DNA of 58,391 bases. It comes from an uncultured Armatimonadetes bacterium. Lineage in GTDB: Bacteria; Armatimonadota; Armatimonadia; Armatimonadales; Armatimonadaceae. Location of the stretch: assembly GCA_903881535.1 (NCBI GenBank), contig CAIRTT010000055.1, positions 1 to 58,391 of the forward strand. The letters run 5' to 3'. Below the pieces are notes generated by a model, which worked only from the letters and a program-made list of their open reading frames with translations, ran no database searches and was not told where the DNA came from. Positions 19,213 through 28,659 of this stretch are shown piece by piece; the first letter of the stretch is position 1, and each line of letters begins with the position of its first letter. Made by a program: the position numbers and the translations under genes.

Positions 19213-19986
19213 ATGGCAAAGACAGACGTAGCAGTAAAAGAGACCAACGCATTGGCATTATCCGGTGACTTTGAGCAGGACGCCTCAGGCGGTTTTGAGA
19301 GCATGGGCCAGGAAGACTTTGCGCTTCCATTCCTTCGCCTCTTGACCAACACTTCTCCTGAAGTGGGTGAGGTAGACGGCGCATTGCCCGGCATGATTCT
19401 CAATAGCGTGACAGGCGAGTTGTATGACGGCAAAAAGGGCATCGAGGTCATCCCTTGCGCTTATGTGCGTCAGTACATTGAATGGGCCCCACGTGGCTCT
19501 GGCAGCGGTGCTCCCGTGGCCATCTACACAGCAACCTCGGACATCCTGAGCCGCACACACCGCGAGCCAGGGGACAACAAGGATTACTTGGAGAATGGCA
19601 ACTACATCGAGAACACGGCCAACCACTACGTGATGGTCATCAACAATGACGGCTTTCCTGAGGCCGCATTGATCAGCATGAAGTCCACGCAACTCAAGAA
19701 GTCGCGCAAGTGGAACAGCATGATGATGTCCACCAAGTTGATGGGTAAGAACGGCCCGTACACCCCTCCGATGTACAGCCAAATCTTTCGTCTCACAACA
19801 CAAGCCGAGTCCAACGACAAAGGCAAGTGGTTCGGCTGGGAAGTCGAGAAGGTCGGCCCTATCGCTGACATGAGCTTGTACCAAGCTGCACGGGCCTTTG
19901 CCCAGCAAATTGGCGCAGGCGAGGTGAAGGTTAAACACGAAGCCGACGGCGTCCCAGGCGGCGGCAACGGACCAGCACCCTTCTAA
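19213..19986 (+). CDS. conserved replication-module protein, unknown function
   Basis: Start at MAKTDVAV with AAGGAAAA upstream. The longer Arg/Ser/Pro-rich N-terminal extension from 19066 overlaps the previous gene and looks non-coding. Confidence 0.55.
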   Translation: MAKTDVAVKETNALALSGDFEQDASGGFESMGQEDFALPFLRLLTNTSPEVGEVDGALPGMILNSVTGELYDGKKGIEVIPCAYVRQYIEWAPRGSGSGAPVAIYTATSDILSRTHREPGDNKDYLENGNYIENTANHYVMVINNDGFPEAALISMKSTQLKKSRKWNSMMMSTKLMGKNGPYTPPMYSQIFRLTTQAESNDKGKWFGWEVEKVGPIADMSLYQAARAFAQQIGAGEVKVKHEADGVPGGGNGPAPF

Positions 19987-20109
19987 AAGGATCGGGGCCG
20001 AAAGCGGATGCTGCGCGCCTTACCCGTTACAGAAACTGCGGCTTGACGCTACGGTTAACGGATTCGCCCACAGTGCAGCGAGTAGGCCCCACCTACCGAG
20101 AAAGAGACG

Positions 20110-21642
20110 ATGACCGACATTACAAAATTCAAGGCAATATTCAGCGGTCTGGATATAGCCTACGGTACATACCGTATCAAAAAGGAGCGCGGTGATGGAA
20201 AACAAGCGGGGCAAGCCACGGTGGTTAGGAAACCGCCCATTGATGAGCTCTGGGAGCAGCATCTGGTTGGTGTTGACCCTTCCCTTGGGATTATTCCTAT
20301 CCGTGCTGACAATACTTGTATTTGGGGCTGTATCGATATTGATCAGTATCCCTTTGACCATAAAGGACTGGTGGAACGCCTTGCGGCGATGAAATTACCA
20401 CTGGTTGTTTGCCGATCAAAATCTGGGGGAGCCCATGTCTTTTTATTCACGCGGGAGCCCACACCTGCCCGAGATTTCCAGGCGTATCTCAAGAATGCTG
20501 CAGCGCTTCTTGGCGAGGCCGGCCGTGAAATCTTCCCGAAACAAGCTGAAATCCTGGTCGAGCGCGGAGACACCGGCAACTTCCTTAACCTTCCATACTT
20601 CGGGGGCGACTCTGGGACGCGTTACGCATTCAACGCTGATGGTACGGCGGCAACTCTCGAAGAGTTTTATGGGCTCTACGAAGCAAATGTCCAAGACCCG
20701 GGGTTTGCTTTTCCTGAGCCGCCAAAGGCACCTGACGCGCCCATCAAAGATGGTCCCCCGTGCCTGCAAGCCCTCTGTACTCAAGGCGTCCCAGAAGGGA
20801 CTCGAAACAATGCTCTGTTTAACATCGGTATTTACCTCAAGAAAGCCCATCCTGGATCTTGGGAAGATCAGATGGTCGAACATAACTTCAAGTACGTTTC
20901 GCCGCCTCTGCCAAATAATGAAGTGCAGCTGCTCGTCAAGCAAGCTGGTAAAAAGGATTACCACTATAAATGCAAAGATGCACCGTTGAATAGTTTTTGC
21001 AACAGCGGCCTGTGCCGCACACGCAAACACGGGATTGGCGGCAGTGGCCCTGATTCGCCAGAGATCGCATCGCTTTCCAAGTACGCCAGTGAACCGCCCC
21101 TGTGGTTCCTTGACATCAACGGACGGCGCATCGAGCTCGACACCGACAGCCTGTTCCTGCAAGCAGCATTTCAAAAAGCCTGCATGGAAAAACTCAACGT
21201 TCTTCCCCCCACCTTGCGCAAACAAGATTGGGAGCAGATGCTCAATGCATTGCTGAAAGAGATGATCGAAACCGAGCAGATCACTGTGGCCAGTGAGGAC
21301 ACGAGCCTGACCGGCCGCTTCATGGACCTGCTCGAAGAGTTCACCACTCACATGCAAAATGCAATGGACCGCGAAGAGATCATCATGGGCCGTCCCTGGA
21401 CGGATGACGATGAAGCCATGACGTACTTCCGGATGAAGGACCTCGAATCGCACTTGAAGCGCAACAACTTTGTGGGCCTGAGCGCCCCCAAGATGGCACA
21501 GCGTCTTCGCGATATGCAGGGTGAGCCCATCAGTTTATTTCTGAAGGGCCGCACCGTGCGTTGCTGGCGCATTCCCCGCTTTGAAAAGCAGGATGCACCG
21601 TTTACCACCCAGACTGTACGCGTACAAGGAGCACCATTTTGA
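20110..21642 (+). CDS. archaeo-eukaryotic-type primase (AEP, prim-pol-like) with C-terminal domain
   Basis: Motifs GCIDIDQYPF and CRSKSGGAHVFLF...NLPYFGG. No Walker A motif is seen in the C-terminal half. Confidence 0.7.
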   Translation: MTDITKFKAIFSGLDIAYGTYRIKKERGDGKQAGQATVVRKPPIDELWEQHLVGVDPSLGIIPIRADNTCIWGCIDIDQYPFDHKGLVERLAAMKLPLVVCRSKSGGAHVFLFTREPTPARDFQAYLKNAAALLGEAGREIFPKQAEILVERGDTGNFLNLPYFGGDSGTRYAFNADGTAATLEEFYGLYEANVQDPGFAFPEPPKAPDAPIKDGPPCLQALCTQGVPEGTRNNALFNIGIYLKKAHPGSWEDQMVEHNFKYVSPPLPNNEVQLLVKQAGKKDYHYKCKDAPLNSFCNSGLCRTRKHGIGGSGPDSPEIASLSKYASEPPLWFLDINGRRIELDTDSLFLQAAFQKACMEKLNVLPPTLRKQDWEQMLNALLKEMIETEQITVASEDTSLTGRFMDLLEEFTTHMQNAMDREEIIMGRPWTDDDEAMTYFRMKDLESHLKRNNFVGLSAPKMAQRLRDMQGEPISLFLKGRTVRCWRIPRFEKQDAPFTTQTVRVQGAPF

Positions 21643-21908
21643 AAAAGATCGAAGGCTACGATGAAGCTATTTTGGGCCCCGTCTCCAAGTGGGATGGGAA
21701 TGAGCAAATTGCGGTGTTGGCATACGACGCCGAGGTAATCCGCAAAATGATGATGCGAGACGGCATGGATGCAGCCGACGCAAGGGAGTACATCGAATAC
21801 AACATTGAGGGTGCTTACATGGGCAAGGACACGCCCCTACTGGTCTGGACTGATGATCTGTGGTGGGACGAAGAAGAGGACCTTGACTGGACAGCAGGGA
21901 ATGACTGA
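21639..21908 (+). CDS. small acidic conserved phage protein
   Basis: 89 aa with a TTG start and AAGGAG 7 nt upstream. Overlaps the primase stop. Confidence 0.6.
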   Translation: MKKIEGYDEAILGPVSKWDGNEQIAVLAYDAEVIRKMMMRDGMDAADAREYIEYNIEGAYMGKDTPLLVWTDDLWWDEEEDLDWTAGND

Positions 21909-23403
21909 TATCCACAAAATATTCGGTCCCCCAGGGGCCGGTAAGACAACCTATTTGCTCAACGTTGTTGACAGAGAATTGCTTGCCGGCACCCACCCGA
22001 TGCAGATCGGGTATTTCAGCTTTACGCGCAAAGCGGCCAACGAAGCCAAAGATCGGGCCGTGCGCAAATTTCCGCATCTGAATGAGAAGATTGATTTTCC
22101 ATTCTTTCGTACTTTGCATAGCTTGGCTTTTCGTTGCCTGACGGTCAAAGCCGATGACATCCTGCGGCCAGAACACTACAAAGAGTTTGCAGAGCAAGCC
22201 GGCATCCAGTTGAATCTGTCCAACGATTCCGACGACGACTTCATCAAAGCCGACAACCCTATACTCAACGAAATCAATCTGGCCCGCATCCGCGGCGAAG
22301 ACCTGCGCACCCACTACAACAAGTGCGGCCTGGACATTGAGTGGTATCACTTCGAGTTTGTAGAGCGGACCTACCGCCACTACAAAACAGCAAAGAGTTT
22401 GCTTGACTTTACCGACCTACTCGAGCTCATCGTGCTTGAGCCCGACCACCTGCCCCGCCTTGAAGTGCTGATCGTTGACGAAGCCCAGGACCTGTCCCGG
22501 CTGCAGTGGATGATGGTCGAGGCCCTCGCCAAACGCGCCAAGCGTGTATTCATCGCAGGCGACGATGATCAGGCCGTGTTCACTTGGGCCGGCGCAGATG
22601 TCAAGAGCTTCCTGGCCTTTGACGGAGCCATCACAATCCTTGAGCAGTCCTACCGCGTACCGTCCCTTGTCCACCGCTTGGCCAACAGCATCGTCAACCG
22701 AATCAAGCAGCGCCAGCCAAAGACATGGAAGCCCCGAGACTTCGAGGGCAAGGTCATGACCTACATGCGCTTTGAGGATGTCTACATCGACGAGGGCCAG
22801 TGGCTCATCTTGGCCAGCACCAACTACCTGCTCGACCCTGTCTACAACCACCTGAAAGCCTCCGGCATCCTGTTTGAGCGCAGCGGCGTTCCCAGCCTTT
22901 CTCCGCAGATTGCACAGTCCGTGGTGGATTGGGAGCGCCTGCGCAAGGGGCTGCATATACCCTACGAGGCGGTGAAAAACCTTTACCGGTACGTGGACAC
23001 CAATCTGGTCCAAAAGGGCTTTAAAACGTTTAAATCAGGCGATCCTGATGGGTCCTATTCGCTGGCAGACCTGAAGGCGCACCATGGCCTGCTCGACTCG
23101 CCCGTGTGGCACGAAGCACTGACCAAGATTGCTGACGACAAACGCGACTACCTGATCGCGCTTCTTCGCCGCGGCACCCGCCTATCGGAGCCGCCACGCA
23201 TTAAACTGTCCACCATCCACGGAGCCAAAGGCGGGGAGGCGGACAACGTCTTACTGCTCATGGACCTCTCCCCCAAATTCGCCAAAGAATATGCCATCGA
23301 TGCGGACAACATCCACCGCCTGTTCTACGTCGGGGTGACCCGCGCTAAACAAGCATTGCACTTGGTGATGCCCAAACACATAGACAAAGGATTTCGCCTG
23401 TGA
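21901..23403 (+). CDS. UvrD/Rep-like SF1 DNA helicase
   Basis: Start at MTDIHKIFGPPGAGKTT. Motifs LIVDEAQDL, FIAGDDDQAVFTWAGA, TIHGAKGGEADNV and FYVGVTRAKQAL. Confidence 0.85.
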   Translation: MTDIHKIFGPPGAGKTTYLLNVVDRELLAGTHPMQIGYFSFTRKAANEAKDRAVRKFPHLNEKIDFPFFRTLHSLAFRCLTVKADDILRPEHYKEFAEQAGIQLNLSNDSDDDFIKADNPILNEINLARIRGEDLRTHYNKCGLDIEWYHFEFVERTYRHYKTAKSLLDFTDLLELIVLEPDHLPRLEVLIVDEAQDLSRLQWMMVEALAKRAKRVFIAGDDDQAVFTWAGADVKSFLAFDGAITILEQSYRVPSLVHRLANSIVNRIKQRQPKTWKPRDFEGKVMTYMRFEDVYIDEGQWLILASTNYLLDPVYNHLKASGILFERSGVPSLSPQIAQSVVDWERLRKGLHIPYEAVKNLYRYVDTNLVQKGFKTFKSGDPDGSYSLADLKAHHGLLDSPVWHEALTKIADDKRDYLIALLRRGTRLSEPPRIKLSTIHGAKGGEADNVLLLMDLSPKFAKEYAIDADNIHRLFYVGVTRAKQALHLVMPKHIDKGFRL

Positions 23404-25265
23404 AAACCATGCCCCTGTTCCCTACGCGCACCGAATGGGTTGCGCCCGAGACCTTCCCCCGTTTAGACGATGCAAAGGAGATTGCAATTGACCTCGAAAC
23501 CTGCGACCCGCACTTGGAATCGATGGGGCCCGGTTGGCCTCGTAATGATGGCTTTGTCGTCGGCTATGCAGTGGCCGTCGATGGCTGGTCCGGCTATTAC
23601 CCTGTTGCTCATGGTGGTGGTGGCAACTTGGATAAGCGACTTGTGGAACGATGGGTTGCTGATGTCCTTAAAACCCCCGCCGACAAAATCATGCACAACG
23701 CCGCCTACGACTGCGGATGGCTGCGCGCCAGTGGGTTCACCATTAATGGACGCGTCTGCGACACCATGCTCGCGGCCCCATTGCTCGATGAGAACCGGTT
23801 CAATTACTCTCTGAATTCTCTTGGATTTGATTACCTTCAAGAAATCAAAAGCGAAGCAGGGTTGAAACAAGCCGCGGCCGACTTCGGGGTGCATCCCAAA
23901 AAGGAGCTGTGGAAGCTGCCTGCGATGTACGTCGGAGAATACGCCGAGCAGGATGCAGCCCTGACATTAAAGCTGTGGCAGCATTTTAAGATCAAACTCC
24001 GCCAAGATGAGTGCGAATCCATCTTCGATCTGGAGACAAGGGTTTTCCCTGCCCTGCTGGACATGACTTTTCGTGGTGTTCGGTTTGACCGAGAAAAGTG
24101 TGGCCGTTTGATTGAGCAGCTGCAAAGCCGAGAGCAGAGCCTGCACAAAGAGATCAAGGCCATGGCCGGCATCCACGTCGATGTCTGGGCCGCACAATCG
24201 ATCGCCGTTGCCTTTGACCGCTTAAATCAAGCCTACACAAAGACGAGCCAAGGCGCACCGAGCTTTACCAAGGGTTTCCTTGACGGCTGCAGCCACCCGA
24301 TTGCCAAGCTGATCGTGGAAGCCCGCGAGGTGAACAAGACCCACGGCACGTTCCTCAAGCCCTACATGGAATTCAGCGCCAAGACAGGGCGCGTCCACAC
24401 GCACTTCAACCAGATGCGCAATGAGGACGGCGGCACCGTCACCGGACGACTGTCCGCGGCCAGCCCCAACTTGCAGCAGGTGCCTGCCCGCCACGAGATC
24501 ATTGGACCGATGGTGCGAGGACTGTTTCTGCCCGAAGAAGGGCAGCTGTGGGCATCCAACGATTTCAGCTCACAGGAGCCACGCCTGTTGGTGCATTACG
24601 CATCGCTCTTGGGCCTGCCTGGGGCCGACAAGATGGTTGACGCCTACCAAAACGATGCGCTTACCGACTTCCACCAGATGGTGGCCGACATGGCCGGCAT
24701 CAAGCGTAAGCAAGCAAAGACCATTGGCTTGGGGCTGATGTACGGCATGGGTGTGAACAAACTGTCCGCGGAGCTCGACTTGGACCTTGACGAAGCCAAG
24801 GACCTGATCGCCACCTTCCACCAAAAGGTGCCCTTCCTCAAAGGCACAGTGACCGCGGTGATGAAGCGCATTGAGCATCCGGCAACAGGGGGCGCAATAC
24901 GTACCTTGCTTGGCAGGAAGTGCCGCTTCCCGTTGTGGGAGCCGATGGAATGGGGCGTGAACAAGGCGCTGCCGCGGGAGCAAGCCGTCATTGAATATGG
25001 CCAACGGATCAAGCGCGCCGGCACCTACAAGGGGTTGAACAGGTTGATTCAGGGGTCAGCCGCGGACCAGACCAAAGCAGGCATGGCGGCGCTGTATGAA
25101 CAGGGCTATACCATGCTGCTGCAGGTGCACGATGAATTGGTGCTGAGTGTGGACAACAAAGAGCAAGCTGAGGCTGCTGCAGAGATCATGGCCAAGGCCG
25201 TGAACCTTGGGGTTCCCAGCCGCTGTGATGTGGAAGTGGGCCCGAACTGGGGCGAGGCGAAATAA
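23400..25265 (+). CDS. family A DNA polymerase with 3'-5' exonuclease domain
   Basis: Exonuclease motifs DLETCD and HNAAYD. Polymerase motifs DFSSQEPRLL (A), RKQAKTIGLGLMYGMG (B) and LQVHDELVL (C). Confidence 0.9.
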   Translation: MKTMPLFPTRTEWVAPETFPRLDDAKEIAIDLETCDPHLESMGPGWPRNDGFVVGYAVAVDGWSGYYPVAHGGGGNLDKRLVERWVADVLKTPADKIMHNAAYDCGWLRASGFTINGRVCDTMLAAPLLDENRFNYSLNSLGFDYLQEIKSEAGLKQAAADFGVHPKKELWKLPAMYVGEYAEQDAALTLKLWQHFKIKLRQDECESIFDLETRVFPALLDMTFRGVRFDREKCGRLIEQLQSREQSLHKEIKAMAGIHVDVWAAQSIAVAFDRLNQAYTKTSQGAPSFTKGFLDGCSHPIAKLIVEAREVNKTHGTFLKPYMEFSAKTGRVHTHFNQMRNEDGGTVTGRLSAASPNLQQVPARHEIIGPMVRGLFLPEEGQLWASNDFSSQEPRLLVHYASLLGLPGADKMVDAYQNDALTDFHQMVADMAGIKRKQAKTIGLGLMYGMGVNKLSAELDLDLDEAKDLIATFHQKVPFLKGTVTAVMKRIEHPATGGAIRTLLGRKCRFPLWEPMEWGVNKALPREQAVIEYGQRIKRAGTYKGLNRLIQGSAADQTKAGMAALYEQGYTMLLQVHDELVLSVDNKEQAEAAAEIMAKAVNLGVPSRCDVEVGPNWGEAK

Positions 25266-25335
25266 GTTGTTGGTGGTTCACATGAAGCAGTGTTCTGAAT
25301 TCATAACGGCGCTAACCCGTCGTTCCACCAACAAC
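25266..25335. terminator. inverted repeat filling the convergent intergenic gap (candidate bidirectional terminator)
   Basis: gttgttggtgg (25266..25276) pairs perfectly with ccaccaacaac (25325..25335). The 48-nt interior contains smaller palindromes (ttcacatgaa, tgaattca). Confidence 0.4.
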
Positions 25336-25641
25336 TTAAAAGTTTAACCACGTTTTTATTTTTTGCCAAAGCGTTGGCGTTGTTTTTTTCTGATCATCGA
25401 ACAAATCGAGTTGCTCCAGAATGAACATGTACTCGCCTTTGCCGCCGCGGGGGCTTTGCTGCAGCTCCGCGCGCAGCCGACCTTGAGACTGTAGGTATAA
25501 ACCCGCACGACGGATCACGGACGACGGGACACGCAGATCTCTGCCCAGCTCACTGGTCCTGGCCGTGTAGCCCACCTCACGCAGGTGGAACATGATCATG
25601 CGCTGCACTTCGATCGAGGTGTATTTCCTTGGTTCGCTCAT
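25336..25641 (-). CDS. winged-helix-like DNA-binding protein (tentative)
   Basis: 101 aa, the last gene of the leftward operon. Confidence 0.5.
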   Translation of the reverse strand: MSEPRKYTSIEVQRMIMFHLREVGYTARTSELGRDLRVPSSVIRRAGLYLQSQGRLRAELQQSPRGGKGEYMFILEQLDLFDDQKKTTPTLWQKIKTWLNF

Positions 25642-25925
25642 CGCGCATTCCCCTCGAGCCTGTCGGCCACCAGGGTCGCGTATCCTGCGATATCGCGCCA
25701 GCTGTCAACGTTATCGGGGTTGCCGTTGACAATGCGGCCGATCTTGTGAACGATCATGTGCATGGCCTCCTCTTGGTCAGGCTCGAATCTTGTCCCCACT
25801 AAGTCGCAATGCTGTTGCAGGACTGATTTGAGCTTGATCATGACCGTTGCGCCATTGATGAACAGACCATACTGCGTCTGCCGCGTGTCCAGAATGGTGT
25901 CGACTTTGGATTTTTTCTTTGCCAT
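25638..25925 (-). CDS. DUF6378-like phage protein (tentative)
   Basis: 95 aa. The pattern RQTQYG...MHMIVHKIGRIVNG...DSWRDIAGYATL is recalled from that family. Confidence 0.5.
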   Translation of the reverse strand: MAKKKSKVDTILDTRQTQYGLFINGATVMIKLKSVLQQHCDLVGTRFEPDQEEAMHMIVHKIGRIVNGNPDNVDSWRDIAGYATLVADRLEGNAR

Positions 25926-25928
25926 AAT

Positions 25929-26114
25929 TTACTTTCTGTTAATTGAAGGTTGATCAGCGCTCTTGGCGAACACGCTGTAGTAGCCGGCAGGCTGGGTCCC
26001 AAGCATCAGCCGAAGTTTCTCGGCCCCGCCCCATTCCCTGAACTTCTTCCACTCAGAGTCAGATAGGCGCACGGCCCGCGGCTTAAGGTCCTCAGGCGGC
26101 TTTGGTCTTGGCAT
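25929..26114 (-). CDS. small protein, possible DNA-binding
   Basis: 61 aa with the motif RAVRLSDSEWKKFREWG. Confidence 0.5.
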   Translation of the reverse strand: MPRPKPPEDLKPRAVRLSDSEWKKFREWGGAEKLRLMLGTQPAGYYSVFAKSADQPSINRK

Positions 26115-26268
26115 GATGCGCTCTCGAGTAAATGGTGAAAAATGTGTTCTTTGCCAAACTAGCTTGACGGCGCGCGGCGTCCGATGCCTTGATGTTTTTG
26201 TCCTGCAAAATGATGCTTGGACGGGGGTTTTCTTTCCACAGAAAGGGGGAGTCAGGGTGTTCTTTCAT
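26092..26268 (-). CDS. hypothetical 58-aa protein
   Basis: Hand-translated as MKEHPDSPFLWKEN...HHAKTKAA. Below the ORF-track cutoff. ATGA overlap with the upstream ORF. Confidence 0.4.
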   Translation of the reverse strand: MKEHPDSPFLWKENPRPSIILQDKNIKASDAARRQASLAKNTFFTIYSRAHHAKTKAA

Positions 26269-26435
26269 TTCACTTCCTTGCGTAAACGCTCCAACTCTTC
26301 CTGCGTAACAAACGGGATCCCTGTCGGGAAATCATCGCGCAGTCGTTGCATCTTTAGGCTGTAAGCCACAGCCATGCGCCGTACCCGCGACTCCATCTCA
26401 ATGCGGTTGAACTCGTCGTCTTCCTCAGTTCTCAT
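26265..26435 (-). CDS. hypothetical 56-aa protein
   Basis: Hand-translated as MRTEEDDEFNRIEMESRVRR...LRKEVK. ATGA overlaps at both ends. Confidence 0.5.
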   Translation of the reverse strand: MRTEEDDEFNRIEMESRVRRMAVAYSLKMQRLRDDFPTGIPFVTQEELERLRKEVK

Positions 26436-26608
26436 GCTTTCTCCTGTTTAAAGTACCATTTCCATTTGCGTTTCTTGGCTATCATGTCCAGCATTTTTTT
26501 GACGTACAGCTCAAGAGGGACGCCAGCTTTTTTCACCAATTCAACCTGCGTCCGGTTCAAAATTATTCTGCTGACTTTGTCTTGGCCCCTGACCTTTCTA
26601 ACGATCAT
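26432..26608 (-). CDS. hypothetical 58-aa basic protein
   Basis: Start at MIVRKVRGQ, chosen for its ATGA overlap with the upstream gene. Confidence 0.5.
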   Translation of the reverse strand: MIVRKVRGQDKVSRIILNRTQVELVKKAGVPLELYVKKMLDMIAKKRKWKWYFKQEKA

Positions 26609-26976
26609 GTGCTCTTCTCCTTGAGTATGCGTTCTGCCCATTTAGCTCCGCAGTAAAACATTGGTTCCGCACCTTCTCTCAATTCATCCGTCAGCCCTAC
26701 CCACTCACGCTTTGGATACAAAGGCCACACCTGCCCAAGCGGTGTAAACAGGGGGTCGTTCTTGTCAGTACTGACATGGTGGTTGGTGGGGTCGTACCAT
26801 GCTGTTGGTTTATCCATTGTGCGCTGTAACGATTGTGTAAAGTTTTCTAATTCAAGCACTTCGTTGATACTTCGGGCTTGTAGCTTTTGAATTGATTTAC
26901 TCATGCCGCGAAATAGGTTGTCCCTAACAATAAGCAGTTGCTCAGTAATCATGTGCATTCGTTCTTCGTCGGTCAT
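26605..26976 (-). CDS. hypothetical protein
   Basis: 123-aa ORF, translationally coupled to its neighbours. Confidence 0.6.
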   Translation of the reverse strand: MTDEERMHMITEQLLIVRDNLFRGMSKSIQKLQARSINEVLELENFTQSLQRTMDKPTAWYDPTNHHVSTDKNDPLFTPLGQVWPLYPKREWVGLTDELREGAEPMFYCGAKWAERILKEKST

Positions 26977-27281
26977 GTGTTCCCCCTGTTTCGAATAGCA
27001 TCAGCGCAATGAATAGGATCAGGGCATTGCACATTTTCATCCGATTTTCCCCATGCACGATATAAATCTTCACAAAGCATTGCACACGCCTCACGCTCTG
27101 CTGCTGCAATGTCGCGTTCGTACTCACCCCAGTTTTCTGGCGTCCATGTTCTATTGCGCTCATCAGCACGAATAATGGCTTCGAAGCGTTCAAGGCATCC
27201 ATACTTGCCGTTACAAGTGCAATCGCGCAAACCCGCCTCCCGCGCCATTTCCATAATGGTTCGTTTACGCCATCCAGTCAT
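26973..27281 (-). CDS. hypothetical Cys-rich protein
   Basis: 102-aa ORF with several Cys residues (CTCNGKYGC, CAMLC, QCPDPIHC). Confidence 0.6.
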   Translation of the reverse strand: MTGWRKRTIMEMAREAGLRDCTCNGKYGCLERFEAIIRADERNRTWTPENWGEYERDIAAAEREACAMLCEDLYRAWGKSDENVQCPDPIHCADAIRNRGNT

Positions 27282-27436
27282 TCTGAGTCCTCCAACGAGT
27301 CGTTAATCAGTTGTTGCTTGACGATCTCCAGCACACCAATCACAGTGGACATGTACAGGGTCTCATCAAACTCGTGGATGTCTTCCAGCAGTCTGTCAAC
27401 AAGTGCTTGGGCCACTGCGCCTTGGTTCAGGTTCAT
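27278..27436 (-). CDS. hypothetical 52-aa acidic protein
   Basis: Hand-translated as MNLNQGAVAQALVDRLLEDIHEF...DSLEDSE. ATGA overlaps at both ends. Confidence 0.55.
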   Translation of the reverse strand: MNLNQGAVAQALVDRLLEDIHEFDETLYMSTVIGVLEIVKQQLINDSLEDSE

Positions 27437-27684
27437 GCTTCACCCCTCAGTTGTTTCTGTTGCTCTTCATAGTCGGCTTGCCATTTCTTGCGCAGTTCTT
27501 GGCACTCTCCGCAGTGGCACTGGAATGTCCACTCGTCAGGGTCAGCAATGCCGCCCTCCGCCTTGACCGGTGCGCGGCCATAGTTATACGGTCTGGTTGG
27601 CTTGAGCGGCTCTATCCGATCAAACTGGCTCTTGCCCGCTTCGTAAAAATCCTTCTTCTTCCCTGTGCTGTTGTCTATACTCAT
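27433..27684 (-). CDS. hypothetical protein
   Basis: 83-aa ORF, coupled to its neighbours. Confidence 0.6.
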   Translation of the reverse strand: MSIDNSTGKKKDFYEAGKSQFDRIEPLKPTRPYNYGRAPVKAEGGIADPDEWTFQCHCGECQELRKKWQADYEEQQKQLRGEA

Positions 27685-27902
27685 TTCTTCCTCGCTTTCA
27701 GCATGGCGTCGGCAAACTCATATGCCATTTGTGCGTATGCGTCATAATTCCCAGCCCACTTGCCCGCATTTGCATGGAGCATCGAGGGCAACGCCTTGGC
27801 CGCAAAGTAGTCGCGTAGGGTCATGCCATTACTGCCGCCAATAATTTGTCCATTTCTGGGGTCAGTAATAAGACCTGTTGGGAATGCTGGTTCGTTTTTC
27901 AT
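27681..27902 (-). CDS. hypothetical protein
   Basis: 73-aa ORF, coupled to its neighbours. Confidence 0.6.
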   Translation of the reverse strand: MKNEPAFPTGLITDPRNGQIIGGSNGMTLRDYFAAKALPSMLHANAGKWAGNYDAYAQMAYEFADAMLKARKK

Positions 27903-28120
27903 GATGACTCCAACCCTCTGTCAAACGCCCATTTGTTGGGATCAACCCGCTCAGGTACAAATCGGGTGAGCAGCGTCGCTAGATACGTCTGCTTATCCTT
28001 CATCGCATACAGTGTGCGCATATCGCTGTAGTCCAACGTTATGCTTTTCACAGCCAACCCCATAGTCGGGCCACCCACCTTGGTAGATCGCTCGGTCCCA
28101 TCGTTTAAATGCAAAATCAT
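27899..28120 (-). CDS. hypothetical protein
   Basis: 73-aa ORF, coupled to its neighbours. Confidence 0.6.
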   Translation of the reverse strand: MILHLNDGTERSTKVGGPTMGLAVKSITLDYSDMRTLYAMKDKQTYLATLLTRFVPERVDPNKWAFDRGLESS

Positions 28121-28323
28121 TTGTTGCTCCTTTGTTCACGGCAAGCCTGCCGCTGCTCTTTGGTTATATCCGGATGCCCCTCCGGCAAGGAACAGTCCAC
28201 ACGGCCCATGTCCCCAATACCGGTAGCCAACACCACACCCAATGCCAACAGCGCCATTACCAACACAGCTGACCCTAAGTACCACGCCACTAACTCCACT
28301 TGATGTCTTAAACTCATCGCCAT
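28117..28323 (-). CDS. small membrane protein
   Basis: 68 aa with one hydrophobic helix (LVAWYLGSAVLVMALLALGVVLATGIG). Confidence 0.6.
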   Translation of the reverse strand: MAMSLRHQVELVAWYLGSAVLVMALLALGVVLATGIGDMGRVDCSLPEGHPDITKEQRQACREQRSNK

Positions 28324-28439
28324 ACCCCTTTGATTACAGTTTTGCCCTGCTTGGGCGGTTTGTCCTGCTTGACCGGCTGCGCCGAAGGATGTACCGTGCG
28401 CGCCGGTACATGGACCACGGACCGCGCAGCATGGACCAC
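28314..28439 (-). CDS. doubtful short ORF (GTG start)
   Basis: The 75-aa track ORF overlaps the upstream gene by about 100 nt. Only a GTG-initiated 41-aa version fits the gap. Coding character is weak. Confidence 0.25.
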   Translation of the reverse strand: MVHAARSVVHVPARTVHPSAQPVKQDKPPKQGKTVIKGVWR

Positions 28440-28440
28440 G

Positions 28441-28659
28441 TCAGTCTTCAGAACGAAGGTGAAAGCGAGAAATAAACTCGCTGCTCTTGATATCCCATGC
28501 ATGTGCCTTGCTCCCGCATCTGTGCTCTTCAGCTTGACCAATCACACGAAACAAACGCCAACAATCGTTGCATCTCCAACGAATATCTACCCGCTCATTT
28601 CGCCCCATGTCTATCCGCGTGAATACCACACGCTCCACATTGCTCTGCCTATTCATCAT
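28441..28659 (-). CDS. small zinc-ribbon-like protein
   Basis: Start at MMNRQSN with GGGAGGAGGGGG upstream. Contains a CNDC...HRC pattern. Confidence 0.55.
   Translation of the reverse strand: MMNRQSNVERVVFTRIDMGRNERVDIRWRCNDCWRLFRVIGQAEEHRCGSKAHAWDIKSSEFISRFHLRSED

Noticed and set aside
20443-21453. 336-aa minus-strand ORF antisense to the AEP primase, with similar ones opposite the helicase, polymerase and portal genes.
   Set aside because: The sense-strand ORFs carry clear catalytic motifs. The antisense products have no motifs and a skewed composition.
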